Notes under the pieces: generated by a model | What the model was told of the DNA's origin: nothing | The model's input: only the letters and a program-made list of their open reading frames with translations | The model's database searches: none | Position numbers and translations under genes: made by a program | Assembly: GCF_001194135.2 (NCBI RefSeq) | Contig: NC_068985.1 | Span: 61,103,586 to 61,167,585, forward strand | Direction of reading: 5' to 3' | DNA: 64,000 nt | Source of the DNA: Octopus bimaculoides | Taxonomy: Eukaryota | In this document: piece by piece, positions 36,981-49,460 of the stretch | Layout: each line of letters opens with the position of its first letter | How positions within the stretch are numbered: the stretch's first letter is position 1

Positions 36981-39726
36981 CTATAAAAAAATTCAATTTC
37001 TAACAAATTTTTTTCAAATGCTAATAACTTTCTACAAGAAGTAATTAAATTCTATTTCCTAGGTTTCTTCATAATGGAATACAGACATTTTAATTTTTTT
37101 TTAATGTTTATGTGACTAAAAGTTTTCTTTTAACAGTAAATTATGAATATAATACAATTCTGAGTTAACTACACATATGCTCTCAAAGTGTATCATCACA
37201 TCAGTCTAAATTCATATTCAAGTGCTGTTGACAGTTTAATTAACGTGAAATGAATAACAGAACAAAAATTCTTTGCAGACATAGAAACATTTTGATGTTC
37301 TGTTGTTGGCAACATTTCTATTTAGCTTTTTTTCTATTTTGCTGTGAGCAATTTCTGGTAACAGAATCAAGATGTGAGAAGATATGACCGTGTCTTACCC
37401 AGAACAAGATCAGGAAATGCCAGCAAATGACCAACTATGATCAAGTTATTTTTGTAGAAATTTAAATGATTAAGCAAAACCTGTGTTTTGTCTACCCTTC
37501 TTCATCATTGGTCTCATATATGCACACACTTGACACACCTAGTTCTGTTCTTCTTATCCCTACTCCCACCACATCTCAATCTCCAACCTCTATACAAACA
37601 GTTTTACCTATCCTTTCTACACCAAGTACCAACCCACTGGACTTTTTTCCTCTTCCCACCGAAAATCTCACTAAGCAGTGTCAAAAGTATATAAAAGTTG
37701 GCAAACTGGTAGCAGTATGATCAGAGCTTGAGTGAATGTGCTGCAGTATTTGTTCTCTGGGCTCTCTGGGCTCCAAGTTCAAATCCCACAAAAATCAACT
37801 CTGACTTTTATACTTCCTGGTTGATAAGTACCAGTTATGTACTGGGGTTGATTTTCCTTCCAGCCTTTCTCTCTCTCTCTCTCGATCAATTACATTGTGT
37901 AAGAAGGTCCAAGGGTGACCCATCCCACCACCACCACCACCAGAATATCTTTTTTTCTGGAAATAAAGAATGGTTAAAACAAGACTCTAGCAACTTCTTT
38001 CCATAGAAAATCTAATATAGTACTGAATCTGTGCAAAGATGGATTGATGTGCAATGTAGCTTCATATGTAAAGAAGAGGAAGCAGAATGTATCTAGGAAA
38101 CTCAAGTAATAGGTGCTTTAGTTTATCGATTCAATTAAAATAGTCATTGGGAAAGGTTTTCAGGTATTATAACATGTACACATCCAATAACTTATACAAA
38201 TATATTATATGTAAGCACATAGTTCACTAGAAATAGCAGCCAAGTTTACCTCAAATGACACCTTAATAACATAAAAATAGAGGGACATGTTGGATTATCC
38301 ATTATAACATTTTTGTTTATGGGCATTCAATCAGAGCAGACAAGGGTCTGAACAAGAGATAGCTAAATTTGCATAGTCCTAAGTTGTATAAGATGAGAGG
38401 AAAACAAAAATATCACAAAAGTGTTGTTATTAGAATAGTGACAAGGTGACAGAATTGTTAGAGCATTGGACAAAATGCTAAGCAAAATTTCTTTCAGTTG
38501 TTTACATTCTCTGTTCAAATCCTACAAGTTAACTTTGTCTTTCATACCTCCTGGGCTGATAAAATAAAGTACCAATCAAGTACTCTCTCACAAAATTGCT
38601 GACCTTGTGCCAAAAATTAAAGCAATTATTAGGATAGAGATAACTCTCCAGAAATGGTAGAGAAATTAGAATTTATCTTACCAGGGAACCAAATATAACA
38701 TACTGAGGGATTTATTTTGAAAGATAATTTACATTAATTACAACTTTACCAGTAAAATAATGTCTTGGATTGTGTGGTGATGAAGAAGGATTTACAATCA
38801 CATGATTATGGGTTCAATTCCACTACGTGACATGTTCAGAAACTACCTCCTATCATAGCATCAGGCTAACCCAAAATTTGAGAGTGAAAATATGTAGACT
38901 GAAACTATGTGGATGTGTTTGAAAACATTGAGATCCTCTGTCTAACCTTGGAGGTCCTGCAAGGTTATAGGTGCTGACCTTCCTCCTCAGAGAAACCATT
39001 TATTAAAAGATATCAAAGGCAACAGACAAATATTGTATGAAAAGAGAGAGGTCAGTAAATATGTTTTGATCACTTCAGGATGTACTGAACCACTGGGAAT
39101 CAGTTGGTCTTGCCATGGAGTCAATGCACTACTATCATCAGAGGCACTATACAATACTATTGCAATGGGCTCTATATAGTAATATTACCAGAAATAATAT
39201 ATACATTTGGTAGATCACCACCACTACCACAATACCATTGCTGCCACCACCACCACCACCACCACACAGAATTATCATGAGACATGCTTGACTTGTTTAC
39301 AATGATTAAGAAGTTTCTGGTTCATTATGAATGAAGACAGGTTTTTAGTGGAAAGGTAATGGGGAGTTAGCACATTCATTCTCTTTTTAAGAATATTAAT
39401 GGTATGAGTTGTTTAGTCCCAGGTCAGCCTAAACCAAGCACACTAATGAGCAAAGCATTTTAGCATGATAGCTATTCCATTCTTCTTTCAGCTGTAGCAT
39501 ATGCAGAATTACATTATCCAATGAGTCTCTTTCATTTTAAAGACACTACAGTATAATTTTAAGAAGATTTGGCTGCAGTTTCTAGCAGGTAGCATAGTAT
39601 GAATGGAGTAAAATGGCATTGTAAAGGAATGATAATTGGGTAGCTGTTTAGAACTTAAGTTTACTCTACAGTTTAGCTAATGATAATATTAATAATAATA
39701 ATAATAAATACAAACAACATATATAC

Positions 39727-39793
39727 CAATCAACAGTTTTATAAATGTCACAGACACCAACAATTAGGCCATTACATTGTTTTACAGTGAGAA
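39727..39793 (-). CDS. Candidate 67-nt exon: LTVKQCNGLIVGVCDIYKTVD(W)
   Basis: Acceptor TACTTGTTTTTAG, donor TTG|GTATAT; only one open frame (phase 1-2). Confidence 0.55.
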
Positions 39794-41265
39794 CTAAAAA
39801 CAAGTACCAAATCAGACCAAATTAACATAAGTTAAAGGCCACACTGTTAAGTGCAACCAAGATTTTTACTTTACTTAACTTTCACAAAATTTTGAGAATT
39901 GACCACATTTTATTTTCCATCTTCTACTTAAATTCCTGGCAACTTATATAGAAATTACAAATCTGTGACAGAATGAATCTGTAGGCAAATAAGTTTTTTT
40001 TACCTGTTGAGGAAAAAAAATATCTAAGGATTATCAAGGATAAGAGGCAAAGTCAACCTCAGTGGAATTTGAACTCAGAATGTGAAGACAGACAAAATGC
40101 AGCTAAGCATTTTGTTCAACATTCTAATGATTCTGCCAGCTTGCTGCCTTATGTTCTGGAAATATTAAGTGTTCTTTTTTTAATGAGTTGAGGAGGAAGA
40201 GGGGCAATGTTCATGACATTTGAGGGTCACACTCTCAAACTAGCAAGACTGATGACACTGATTTCCAACCTGACTTCTTCAGGTGGTCAATGTCTCTTGT
40301 AAGCCTGAAGACAGAGATGAACCTAAATTTACTGGCTCCAAAAACTGCAACAAAGTGAACTCTGCAAACATTACCCAAAGTGCCAAGTGGTAGTGTTCAA
40401 CAAGATGGTATGTAAAACATACCACCTCAGTTTAGGGTAAAAGAAAAACACCAAAGCCTGAGAACTACTAATATGGTTCATAACCAGCTTGTAGGTTCAG
40501 TTCTTGGGTTGGGTAATTTGTTGTGGTTTTGAACAAGACACTCCATGTAGTATAACTCCTGTCTACTGAGTTGAAAATGAGCAGCAGCTTAGTGGTGGTA
40601 CAGTACAATTCTCCCACCACCTACCACATCTTCAATGTTTCATTGGGTCAAGTTTGGTGAGACCAAAAGAGTGTTTATGTTTGTTCACAACAACATATGA
40701 TCCTAAAACAATTTATGAAAGTATCATACATGCTGCCAATTACAAATAATGGGAATGATCTTTTTCTTTTTTTTTTCTTTTATTTATTTTAAAGTTAATA
40801 TTACATAGTTTCTGCAGTCCTTATATAGAAACAGAAAACAAATTCCTTAAATGAAGAGTTTTCCAAACACCATTGTTTTATCCTATTAATACTTTTGCAA
40901 TAATATTTTAAATGATATAAACTGTCCATGTGTTTCAATTAATTTTGTAATTAATCTGGAATTTGCATAGATTTAGTAAAATAACTTTTCCACTGTAAAT
41001 TTGGTGCTTCGGACTTAAACGATCCTTGTCATAGAAGGTTTTTAACTTAAATATGAATATTTTACAGTAAGAAGTTTTGTACAACAGAACCAAAGATGAT
41101 CTCTGCTAATTTAATACCAAAAGGGTTAAGGTAGAAACTGTGTTTTGTATCTTTATAAGTAAACAAGTTCTATAGATATTTTGTTCACCTTTCCCCATTT
41201 AGTTTTGTGAGTGACAATTTAAGAATTGGTAGGATTTGTAAATTGAAGAATATTGACAGCAATAC

Positions 41266-41337
41266 TTGCAGAACAATAGTCTGTGATACTGTTATGGTTT
41301 CTACTACATTCTGTCACAGCAAAGAAGTTCCTTTCTG
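41266..41337 (-). CDS. Candidate 72-nt exon: ERNFFAVTECSRNHNSITDYCSA
   Basis: Acceptor TTTTTCATTTCTCATAG, donor CAA|GTATTG; only one open frame (phase 1-1), compatible with 39727-39793. Confidence 0.5.
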
Positions 41338-41440
41338 CTATGAGAAATGAAAAATATTCCAGCTGTGTTACAAAATAACATGATATTACTTCTGGCTAAC
41401 ATTTATTGAAAGTAAAACATAACATGCATGTGTGCGCACG

Positions 41441-41474
<34 letters not shown>

Positions 41475-41599
41475 AGATCAGGCAGTTAAGCTGAAACTGT
41501 TTTCAAATGCTATATCATAATAATTAGCATGAAATAAAAGCTAATACTTTTCCTGAAATTCTGACAGATTGTATTGAGTTGTACCAAGTGTTATATTAA

Positions 41600-42150
41600 T
41601 GCTGATACAGAGAATGCAAAAGCTAGAGTCTGTGATACTCTGGCTGCTAAGTTGAATGTTGCAGAAAATTTTCTTTATTTTATGATATTCGCATGGTCAC
41701 AAGCCTACTAGTACCATTCTGGCTAGTTTAAATATTGTAATAAATCCAGCCACCAACATGACCAGCTTGCAGGGAACTGTGGTGTGTACAGCAGGATTAT
41801 AGCTAGAGCCATTAAAAATTACTCAGCTATGAAGCCATACATTCATGGGGATTGAAGTATTCTCACAGACTATTCTAAAGTTATTAAGACAGAGAACCTC
41901 AAAACTTCTCAACTACCTCAAACACAAGGGAAATAAAGTGAGAATCTTTGTTAATAAAAAGAAATTCATATTTGACCAATTCATCAGTGGTCACATTTGC
42001 AGGGTTATTGTATTTGAGACTTTTTAAGTGTCTGCTGGCATATAAAATGAGAATCCAGCATTAGTGATGGTGTTTGAAGCCACTGTATATGATGGACATG
42101 TGATGCCTCTTCATTTGTGTATGATGGACATATGATACCACTTCATTTCA
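41600..42150 (+). mobile_element. Tc1/mariner (maT/DD37D-like) transposase pseudogene, N-terminal and catalytic-start part
   Basis: KLLNYLKHKGNKVRIFVNKKKF..NPALVMVFEATVYDGHVMPLH resembles the IF.DEK.F and P.SVMV.G....DG.VMPP blocks. Confidence 0.75.
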
Positions 42151-42374
42151 TTGAAAGAGATCTTACTTCAACATAGCTGTTGACTTGGTACTTTTTGGTT
42201 ATCTCACCATTAAAAAATTGGGTTATCTCCCCACCATTTTACGAGAAATATCGGTACTCTTGTTATCTCCTTCAACTAAACAAATTGTTTAACCCTCAAT
42301 AAAACAAAAATTAATAAACATAAAAAGTGAAAAGATGAAACATCATTTTGAATCTGATAATATTTTTATAACAT

Positions 42375-42833
42375 CATCATCATCATCATCGCTGTTTAAC
42401 ATCCACTTTCCATGCTGGCATGGGTTGAATGGTTTGACTGAGGGCTGGCAGGCCAGAAGGCTTTACGAGGCTCCAGTCTGATCTGGCAAAGTTTCTACAG
42501 CTGGATGCCATTCCTAACACTAACCATTCTGAGAGGGTAGTGGGCGCTTTTTACATGGCACCGGCTCAGGACCAGTCAGCTGGCACTGGCATCGACCATG
42601 CTCAAATGGTGCTTTTTACAGGCCACGGGCATGGGAGCCAGTCAGGTGGCACTGGAAACAATCGAATGCTGCATTTTACATGCCACCGGCACGGGACTAG
42701 TCAGGCGGCTCTAGCATCGACCATGCTCGAATGGTGCTTTTTACATGCCACCAGCACGGGTGCCAATCAGGCGGTACTGTCATCGGCCACAACAATGACT
42801 TCACTTGCCTCAACAGGTCTTCACAAGCGCAGT

Positions 42834-42835
<2 letters not shown>
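42375..42835 (-). mobile_element. RTE 3' UTR fragment with four subrepeats of about 62 bp and a (CAT)n tail
   Basis: Its 5' end (GACCTGTTGAGGCAAGTGAAGTCATTGTTGTGGCCGATGACAGTACC on the minus strand) matches 32305-32350 just downstream of the RTE ORF2. Confidence 0.85.
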
Positions 42836-42870
<35 letters not shown>

Positions 42871-43034
42871 AGGGCAAGGACAGTAGTTGACACCGTCAAC
42901 TTCAGTACTGATTGGTACTTTACTTTATAAACCCCGGAGGGATGAGAGGTGAAGCTGACCATAGGTTGTTTGAAAATTCTGCAAAACATTTTTTCCAATG
43001 TTCTCATGATTCTGTCAGCTCACTGCTTCCAATT

Positions 43035-43260
43035 TATGTCTGTCCAAGATTCTGCAACAACACATAGTTCAAAGTGTGCAGGATTATTTGAAGGTGAAAC
43101 TTCAACTGCTCAACTGCTTTTTTCCAAGGAAATTTGGCCTTCTTTCTCATTCACTAGATTTAAGTCCATGTAACTTTTAGGTGTGAAATAACATTGAGGA
43201 CAAAGCCATGTGATATTATGGTCTGCCATAAGGAAAACTTTCAAATCAATAAACAAGGCA
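43035..43260 (+). mobile_element. Tc1/mariner transposase C-terminal remnant (duplicated at about 44765-44985)
   Basis: QDSATTH...FSKEIWPS..SLDLSPCNF corresponds to QQD.AP.H and WP..SPDL.P.D. Confidence 0.7.
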
Positions 43261-44483
43261 AAGAGGATACAGCGATATCCATACTTAATTATTTCTAATG
43301 AATTGCAGACATATTTAGTAATATTGTGCCTTATGATGTAATAACTACACAAAGTTTCATATTTCTATCTTTTCGTGTATCTTATTTTCACACCCAATTT
43401 CGCTGACGAATCCTCTTTATGCATATATGCATGTGTGCATGTATACACACACACATACACCACATACATAGGCATGCTACATATTAACACATGGCAACTA
43501 CTCCCCCCACACACACACACCAACAACAACAACCTCACATCACAACACCCACATACATACAATTTCATGTTGAAAAGTAACCATATATTACATTATAATG
43601 AAAGACAAGCATATATTATAAGACTTCAAAAAAAAAAAAAGGGGGTTAATCAAAAACTGTTTACATTGATTTCATAATTATAAACCTGAACAAAGGAACT
43701 AAAATGTGTCATGGATATATGTTGTATGTTAAAGACAAGTGGTTTCTTGACCATACAAGAAATAGATAGCTGTCTGGTTACACACACACACACACACACA
43801 CACACAATAAAATGAAAAATACATATTGAGTACAGGACATCACCAATGAGTGAAAAATACGTAAACACACACGAGATAAGTACAGGACAAAATACCAAAA
43901 ACATACACAATAAGTACAGGATATCACCAAGGAGTGAAAAATATATGAAAACACAAGAGAAAAGTACAGGACAAAATGCCAAAAGAAGATAACTCCTCAT
44001 CAGTTGTCGGACTGTTTTTACTCCTACATCATGCTTTTAACGACAATATAGGGAACTTCATAAGACAGCAGCATCCAGAAATTTTTAAAATATAAAATTC
44101 ATGGAGAGTCAGAGCTTTGAACAAACAAACAATGACAGAGTGGCTGTACAGAGTAAACAATCGACAAAGACAAACATTAAGAACTGTTAGGCCACAACAA
44201 ATTGTAATGAGTAACGCCTGGGAGAAATTTTATCAAGAAAATATATATATATATATATATATATCTCATCATCATCATCATCATCTAACTTCCACATTTT
44301 GAAGCTTGTAGACAGAATTTAAGGTGGATTTTCTATAGCCACATGCCCTCCCTGTTGCCATGGCCAAACATGGGAAGATTTCACAAGATTGGGAACAAAG
44401 AACGTTGTNNNNNNNNNNGTTGTTCATATGAAGGTGATGCTGGCTTACAACCATTACCTGCTGTCAAGTTAAGGATACAAACA

Positions 44484-44541
<58 letters not shown>

Positions 44542-45077
44542 ACACACACTCACACACACACACTCACACACATTTCTGTATACTCACAAGGTTTTGGTCA
44601 ACCCAGTGCTATAGAAGAAGACACTGGCACTTTCCTTTATAAACCCCGAAGGGATGAGAAGTGAAGCTGACCATAGGGTGTTTGAACTTGGAAAATAAAG
44701 AACCAGAACAAATGCTGCAAAACATTTTTTGCAATGTTCTCATGATTCTGTCAGCTCACTGCTTCCAATTTATGTCTGTCCAAGATTCTGCAACAACACA
44801 TAGTTCAAAGTGTGCAGGATTATTTGAAGGTGAAACTTCAACTGCTTTTTTCCAAGGAAATTTGGCCTTCTTTCTCATTCACTAGATTTAAGTCCATGTA
44901 ACTTTTAGGTGTGAAATAATATTGAGGACAAAGCCATGTGATATTATGGTCTGCCATAAGGAAAACTTTCAAATCAATAAACAAGGCAAAGAAGATACAG
45001 CGACGTGCACACAGTGGCATTACACCCAAGACTACAGATTAAGAAGTACACTTCTTAACCACACAGTCATACCTATG

Positions 45078-45761
45078 CAGTGGCGGCTTGTAGATAAAAT
45101 TAGTGGGGTGCTGCTTCAGAAACTTTTTAGCTGTTGTTTTAATATTGTGTAAAAGAAACAGACATATAAAAAGAATATTTATACATAAACTTGATCGGTT
45201 TGTGTTTTAGCCACAGCTGGGTAGTGTGTTTAATTTGCTTACTGAACACCATCGCAAATTCCCCCTTGTTTTTCAAAAATCACCACTAAATCACAAAATA
45301 AGGAAGGAACATCTGCCCCATTTTCCAAATCCTGGCAGCAACACTGTAGCTGGAAGCAGGATAATAATCTAATTCTACACTTTATCACATTCAAGAATAT
45401 AAACACGTTTTTAAGTACAACACATGCGGAGTCAAAAAGAAACACTACCTTTCACTAGCACTGCTTGAACGACAGTGCTGTCTTTCCCTAATGTGAAGCT
45501 GCCTATCTCAGACATGTAAGCATGCACACAACAGCCAAACACCACATCACTAGAATTGTGAAGCACACAGTTCTAATTAAGGATTTTTGTATTTTTTTCA
45601 TAAACTAGGGGATGGCTACTGACATTAGGCTTAAGGATTATATAATGTACAAGTATAAAGAAAGAACTAAAAAAGACTCGTTATATTGAATGTTATTGAT
45701 AATATTGAATGGAAATAGGAGGTGCTGCAGTTCTGCAGTGCCTATACATGAGCCACCACTG
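45078..45761. mobile_element. Non-autonomous hAT element
   Basis: TIRs CAGTGGCGGCT / AGCCACCACTG and a perfect 8-bp TSD TACCTATG at 45070-45077 and 45762-45769. Confidence 0.9.
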
Positions 45762-45784
45762 TACCTATGCCTATATACAAATGA

Positions 45785-45846
<62 letters not shown>

Positions 45847-46249
45847 AAAAGAAATATATAGATAAGCTAGTTATGGGTGAAGTTATGGATAAAATATATA
45901 GACAATCTAGGTATGGGGTGAAAATTTTATATACTTGAATCAGTAAATAGAGCAACTTATGTTGTTTCTATTTGGATGCTAGTCTGTTATCTTTCTACAG
46001 AAAGTTGAAAAAGGACACCTCAAATATGGTAGCAGTATAGAAAATGTCTAAAATTCTTGTAAATTGTTTTCAACCAATGAGAGTTGAGCAAATTTATTTG
46101 TCATTTCTACTTTACTAGGAACTGGTTATATTATCAACTAACATTGAACAAACTGAAAACAATCAAAGTTTTGTTTAGATCAACTACAATCTATCTAATT
46201 ATGTCAAACAAAACCAAGTTCCATTTATTTTTCACACAGACAACTGTTT

Positions 46250-46679
46250 AATATAGAGGTTTTTGATGAAATAGCTGGCATTCCTTAGTCAACTCATTAA
46301 ACATTGCAGACCTTGTTAAACATGTATCAAGACATTCAACTAACGTAGAAGAACCATGGTATTCCTCTAAAATAAATAAATACAGTGAGCATACAAAACA
46401 TCTTTACTAGACTTTCCAACAAAGCTATCACTATTATCAATGTTATCAAAGTTTATATAGCCATTTATCTTTGGTCATAGTCGAGACTAACCTAAAGTTG
46501 CAAAGTATGAATTTTTCCAGTCTAAAATATATCATTGAAAGAATAAAATAAATAGCAAAGTTTCCAAAGAATATATCTTCAATTTCTTTATAAGTCTACT
46601 TAAAAATAAATTACCTCACAGAAAGTACCATGGCAACTGTTTAATGTAAACTGGTTATTGTTATCAAAATTAGTGGGTT
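46250..46679 (-). CDS. Cluster of candidate small exons (46629 or 46615 to 46679; 46492-46521; one starting at 46366)
   Basis: Good AG acceptors and GT donors. A phase-1 reading gives PTNFDNNNQFTLNSCH-DWKNSYFATL-EEYHGSSTLVECLDTCLT. Donor choice is ambiguous. Confidence 0.3.
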
Positions 46680-47739
46680 CTGAACATGACCAAGAAATAG
46701 TTAAATCACAATAAGTGTCTTCCAAGGTCTTTTTTGAACTAAGGAATTCTAAGATGCATTCATTTACACATCTTACAAGAAAACAACTATAAAACTTCTA
46801 TCTGCTCAGTAGATCTGTTGAATGTAGTAGCTAAATCTCCCTTAAACTTGAACCAGTGAAGGTCAATCTGGTAAATCTTCATTGTTGATTGACCAGCTAC
46901 AAATAGCAGCCAAATCTCCATCAAATTACAATTTAAAATCTTTAAAAAAAAAAAAATTAAAAGGTAAAAGAGGACACACTGATTAACAGCATGGAACAGA
47001 AGACAGAATGGTCACAACTGGAATGCTTTTGATTATAGACCATTCAGAACTAACTTGGATTTAAGTAGCAACAACTTTTAGCAAACTCTCTGCCTGTTCA
47101 GTGATATTTTTTTCATATTTAAAGTCTTTAAAATGTCTGACAGTCTGCTGCCTCCATAGACAGAGTTTGGTAATGGTTAAAGCACCAACTGAATATATCA
47201 TTCAATCAGTGATTTGTGTGTCACAAGTTTACGCCAGCAGCAGAACTAACTAGAATTCATTACCAATATCAAGGCTATAAAATATATTTAGGTTGTCGTT
47301 ACAAAAACATAAGCGAAACAAGAAAATACGACCGCACACACACACACACACACAAAACAATAAGCCTTTCTAATATCTTTTCCTTAGTTACATTTGCCAA
47401 AGAGAAACATACATATCATAATTTAATACCCATTGTCCATATACNNNNNNNNNNNNNNNNNNNNNNNNNNNNNNNNNNNNNNNNNNNNNNNNNNNNNNNN
47501 NNNNNNNNNNNNNNNNNNNNNNNNNNNNNNNNNNNNNNNNNNNNGTTGTATATCTTATATATGTTCATTGAGGGGGTGTGATATGTTGAGTCGTCAACCC
47601 TGCATTTTTATTCTATAACTTATATATATATATATATAGTGTGTGTGTGTGTGTTGCATACAAGCATGGCGGCTATATGGTTCACAGTAGGCATGAGGTC
47701 TAATTCTTATAAGCATTCCACAATATTTATTCCATCTTT

Positions 47740-47776
<37 letters not shown>

Positions 47777-48263
47777 GCATGGCTATATGGCTTACAGAAG
47801 ACATGTGGTCTAGTTCCCCTCATCATCATCATCCTCCATCATTTTGAATCAGGGTTTTGTCCCCATTAACGGGGGTGGCCAGATCTACCTCAATGTCATA
47901 GCAACCATCTCGCTGTCAGTGGATATATTCTCCTTTGCAGTGATCAGCGCTACATCTAACACGACCCATTGTATAGTTGACAGTCGAATGAATGTAGGTG
48001 TAATGGAGATATTGTACATAAAGGGGTACACTCCGAAAAGAGGCTGCAATGGCAGACGGCAACAGGGAAGTGAACTGTTGAAATGTCGTAGAAGGCAAAG
48101 GGTTGACATGGGATTACTAGTGTGGCTGTAGAATAAGAAACATAAACTGAGCCTGTGCAGTCACATGAGAATATGTAGTAATGGATTACTTGAAAAAATA
48201 AGGCGTAGTGGCTTACAGCGTCGTTGGTGGGAGTAATTGGAGAATATGCTTTGATATTGAAGT

Positions 48264-49244
48264 CTAAGCAGGAAACTGCTTTGTTTGTATTATGCCGAAA
48301 TAGTATCCATCTTCACCATTCACATAGATCAGTGGATACTGGAGTGCATCATAGGATGTAGTAATTCCTACAAAACCTCTTGGTAAACAATATTCTTTGT
48401 TTTCCCTTGTAGAACAAATGCAAACAGATTGGTTTTGCTTCCCACTCTTGAGCAGTCAACATTTAATTGCTCGTGTGAGAAGCGTAACTCTTCCAAGTGA
48501 AGTTCTACTGCAGACAGTGTTTTACCCAGGGTTTCATTGATAGACATTGCAAAGATGATACAAATAGGAAATTGCACTCTTCTGAATGAAAACTGAATTT
48601 CTGCTCCCAATGGAATGTGAGGAATTCTGGGTATGAAAACATCCTCTCCTTTTCCACATTCTGAAAGAATGGTAGCCTCAATAACATGTGGCATCGTCTT
48701 CTTTACGACCAGGTGTGTCCCATTGCAGAGTGTTGGTGGATCCCAACTCAATAACATTACTGGATTTCTTCCTTTCAGTTCCAATCTGTGGGGAGGTAGT
48801 CCTGGAGGCTCCAATGAATTGAGAAATTCTATTGGATAATTTACCACCTCTTCTGGATTTGAGATTGTATCAACTGACTTATAGATGTGAGGACTTCTAG
48901 GAAGATACTGCAGCAGCTGCTCATTAATTTTACTTAGTGTTGTTTTTTTGGAACAAATTGAGATTGTGATAATTTTTTGACAAATGGATGTAAGGGATAC
49001 AACCAATTTCTGAAAGTTACTTTGCAAAGAGTTACCTCCCTTCTCAATGTAACCCAGGAATGGGTATTTTCTACTCCCAGGGGGCCTGTTACTCATTATG
49101 TGAAAAATTTTAAGAGTTTAAAACCACCTCTGGAACATAAGTAATGTATGTTCCCAGTATGGAGAAAATCAGTTGAAAAATACGGCTGTTACAATCTTTC
49201 ACACATGTACACACACAGAGACAGAACAGGATTTTTATTATAGA
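48264..49244 (-). mobile_element. Rearranged Helitron: 5' TC terminus, Pif1-like helicase C-terminus (ORF 49096-48368), then a Rep-region fragment
   Basis: YPIEFLNSLEPPGLPPHRLELK..LCNGTHLVV..VFIPRIP..FRRVQFPI..FAMSIN..FSHEQLNVDCSRVG..KTKNIVYQEVL*; then SYDALQYPLIYVNGEDGYYF; 5' end TCTATAATAAAAAT at 49244. Confidence 0.9.
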
Positions 49245-49460
49245 CTAGTATTATATAACCTGATTTCATTCAGGTCTACTTGGGTCACATTTTAAAGATG
49301 AGGAATTTTGCCTTAGAGGCCACGCCTTTCAATTGAGCAAACGCAAAGTTGCCATGCAAACTCCCCAGCACTTTTAACATAGGTGTGCAAATTTTCAGGT
49401 CAATCCAACCACATTTACTAACACTTTTGCCTGCACAACTGCTTGTATACACACACACAT
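49245..49460 (-). mobile_element. Non-autonomous Helitron 3' portion
   Basis: Hairpin ACCTGA-ATGAAA-TCAGGT followed by TATATAATA-CTAG, the canonical hairpin plus CTRR 3' end. Confidence 0.65.

Noticed and set aside
37399-37434. Candidate exons 37399-37434 and the 21-nt segment near 38680-38700
   Set aside because: Strong donors but poor acceptors, and their phases do not fit the better-supported chain.
42540-42890. GC-rich ORFs at 42540-42890 and 29820-30005
   Set aside because: Chance frames through the RTE 3' UTR subrepeats.
43990-44025. CTGATGA motif as a hammerhead
   Set aside because: No pairing stem I or II and no properly placed GAAA.
48368-49096. Host PIF1 helicase gene or an active Helitron
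   Set aside because: Intronless fragment covering only the C-terminal helicase motifs, several of them degenerate, bounded by Helitron termini.
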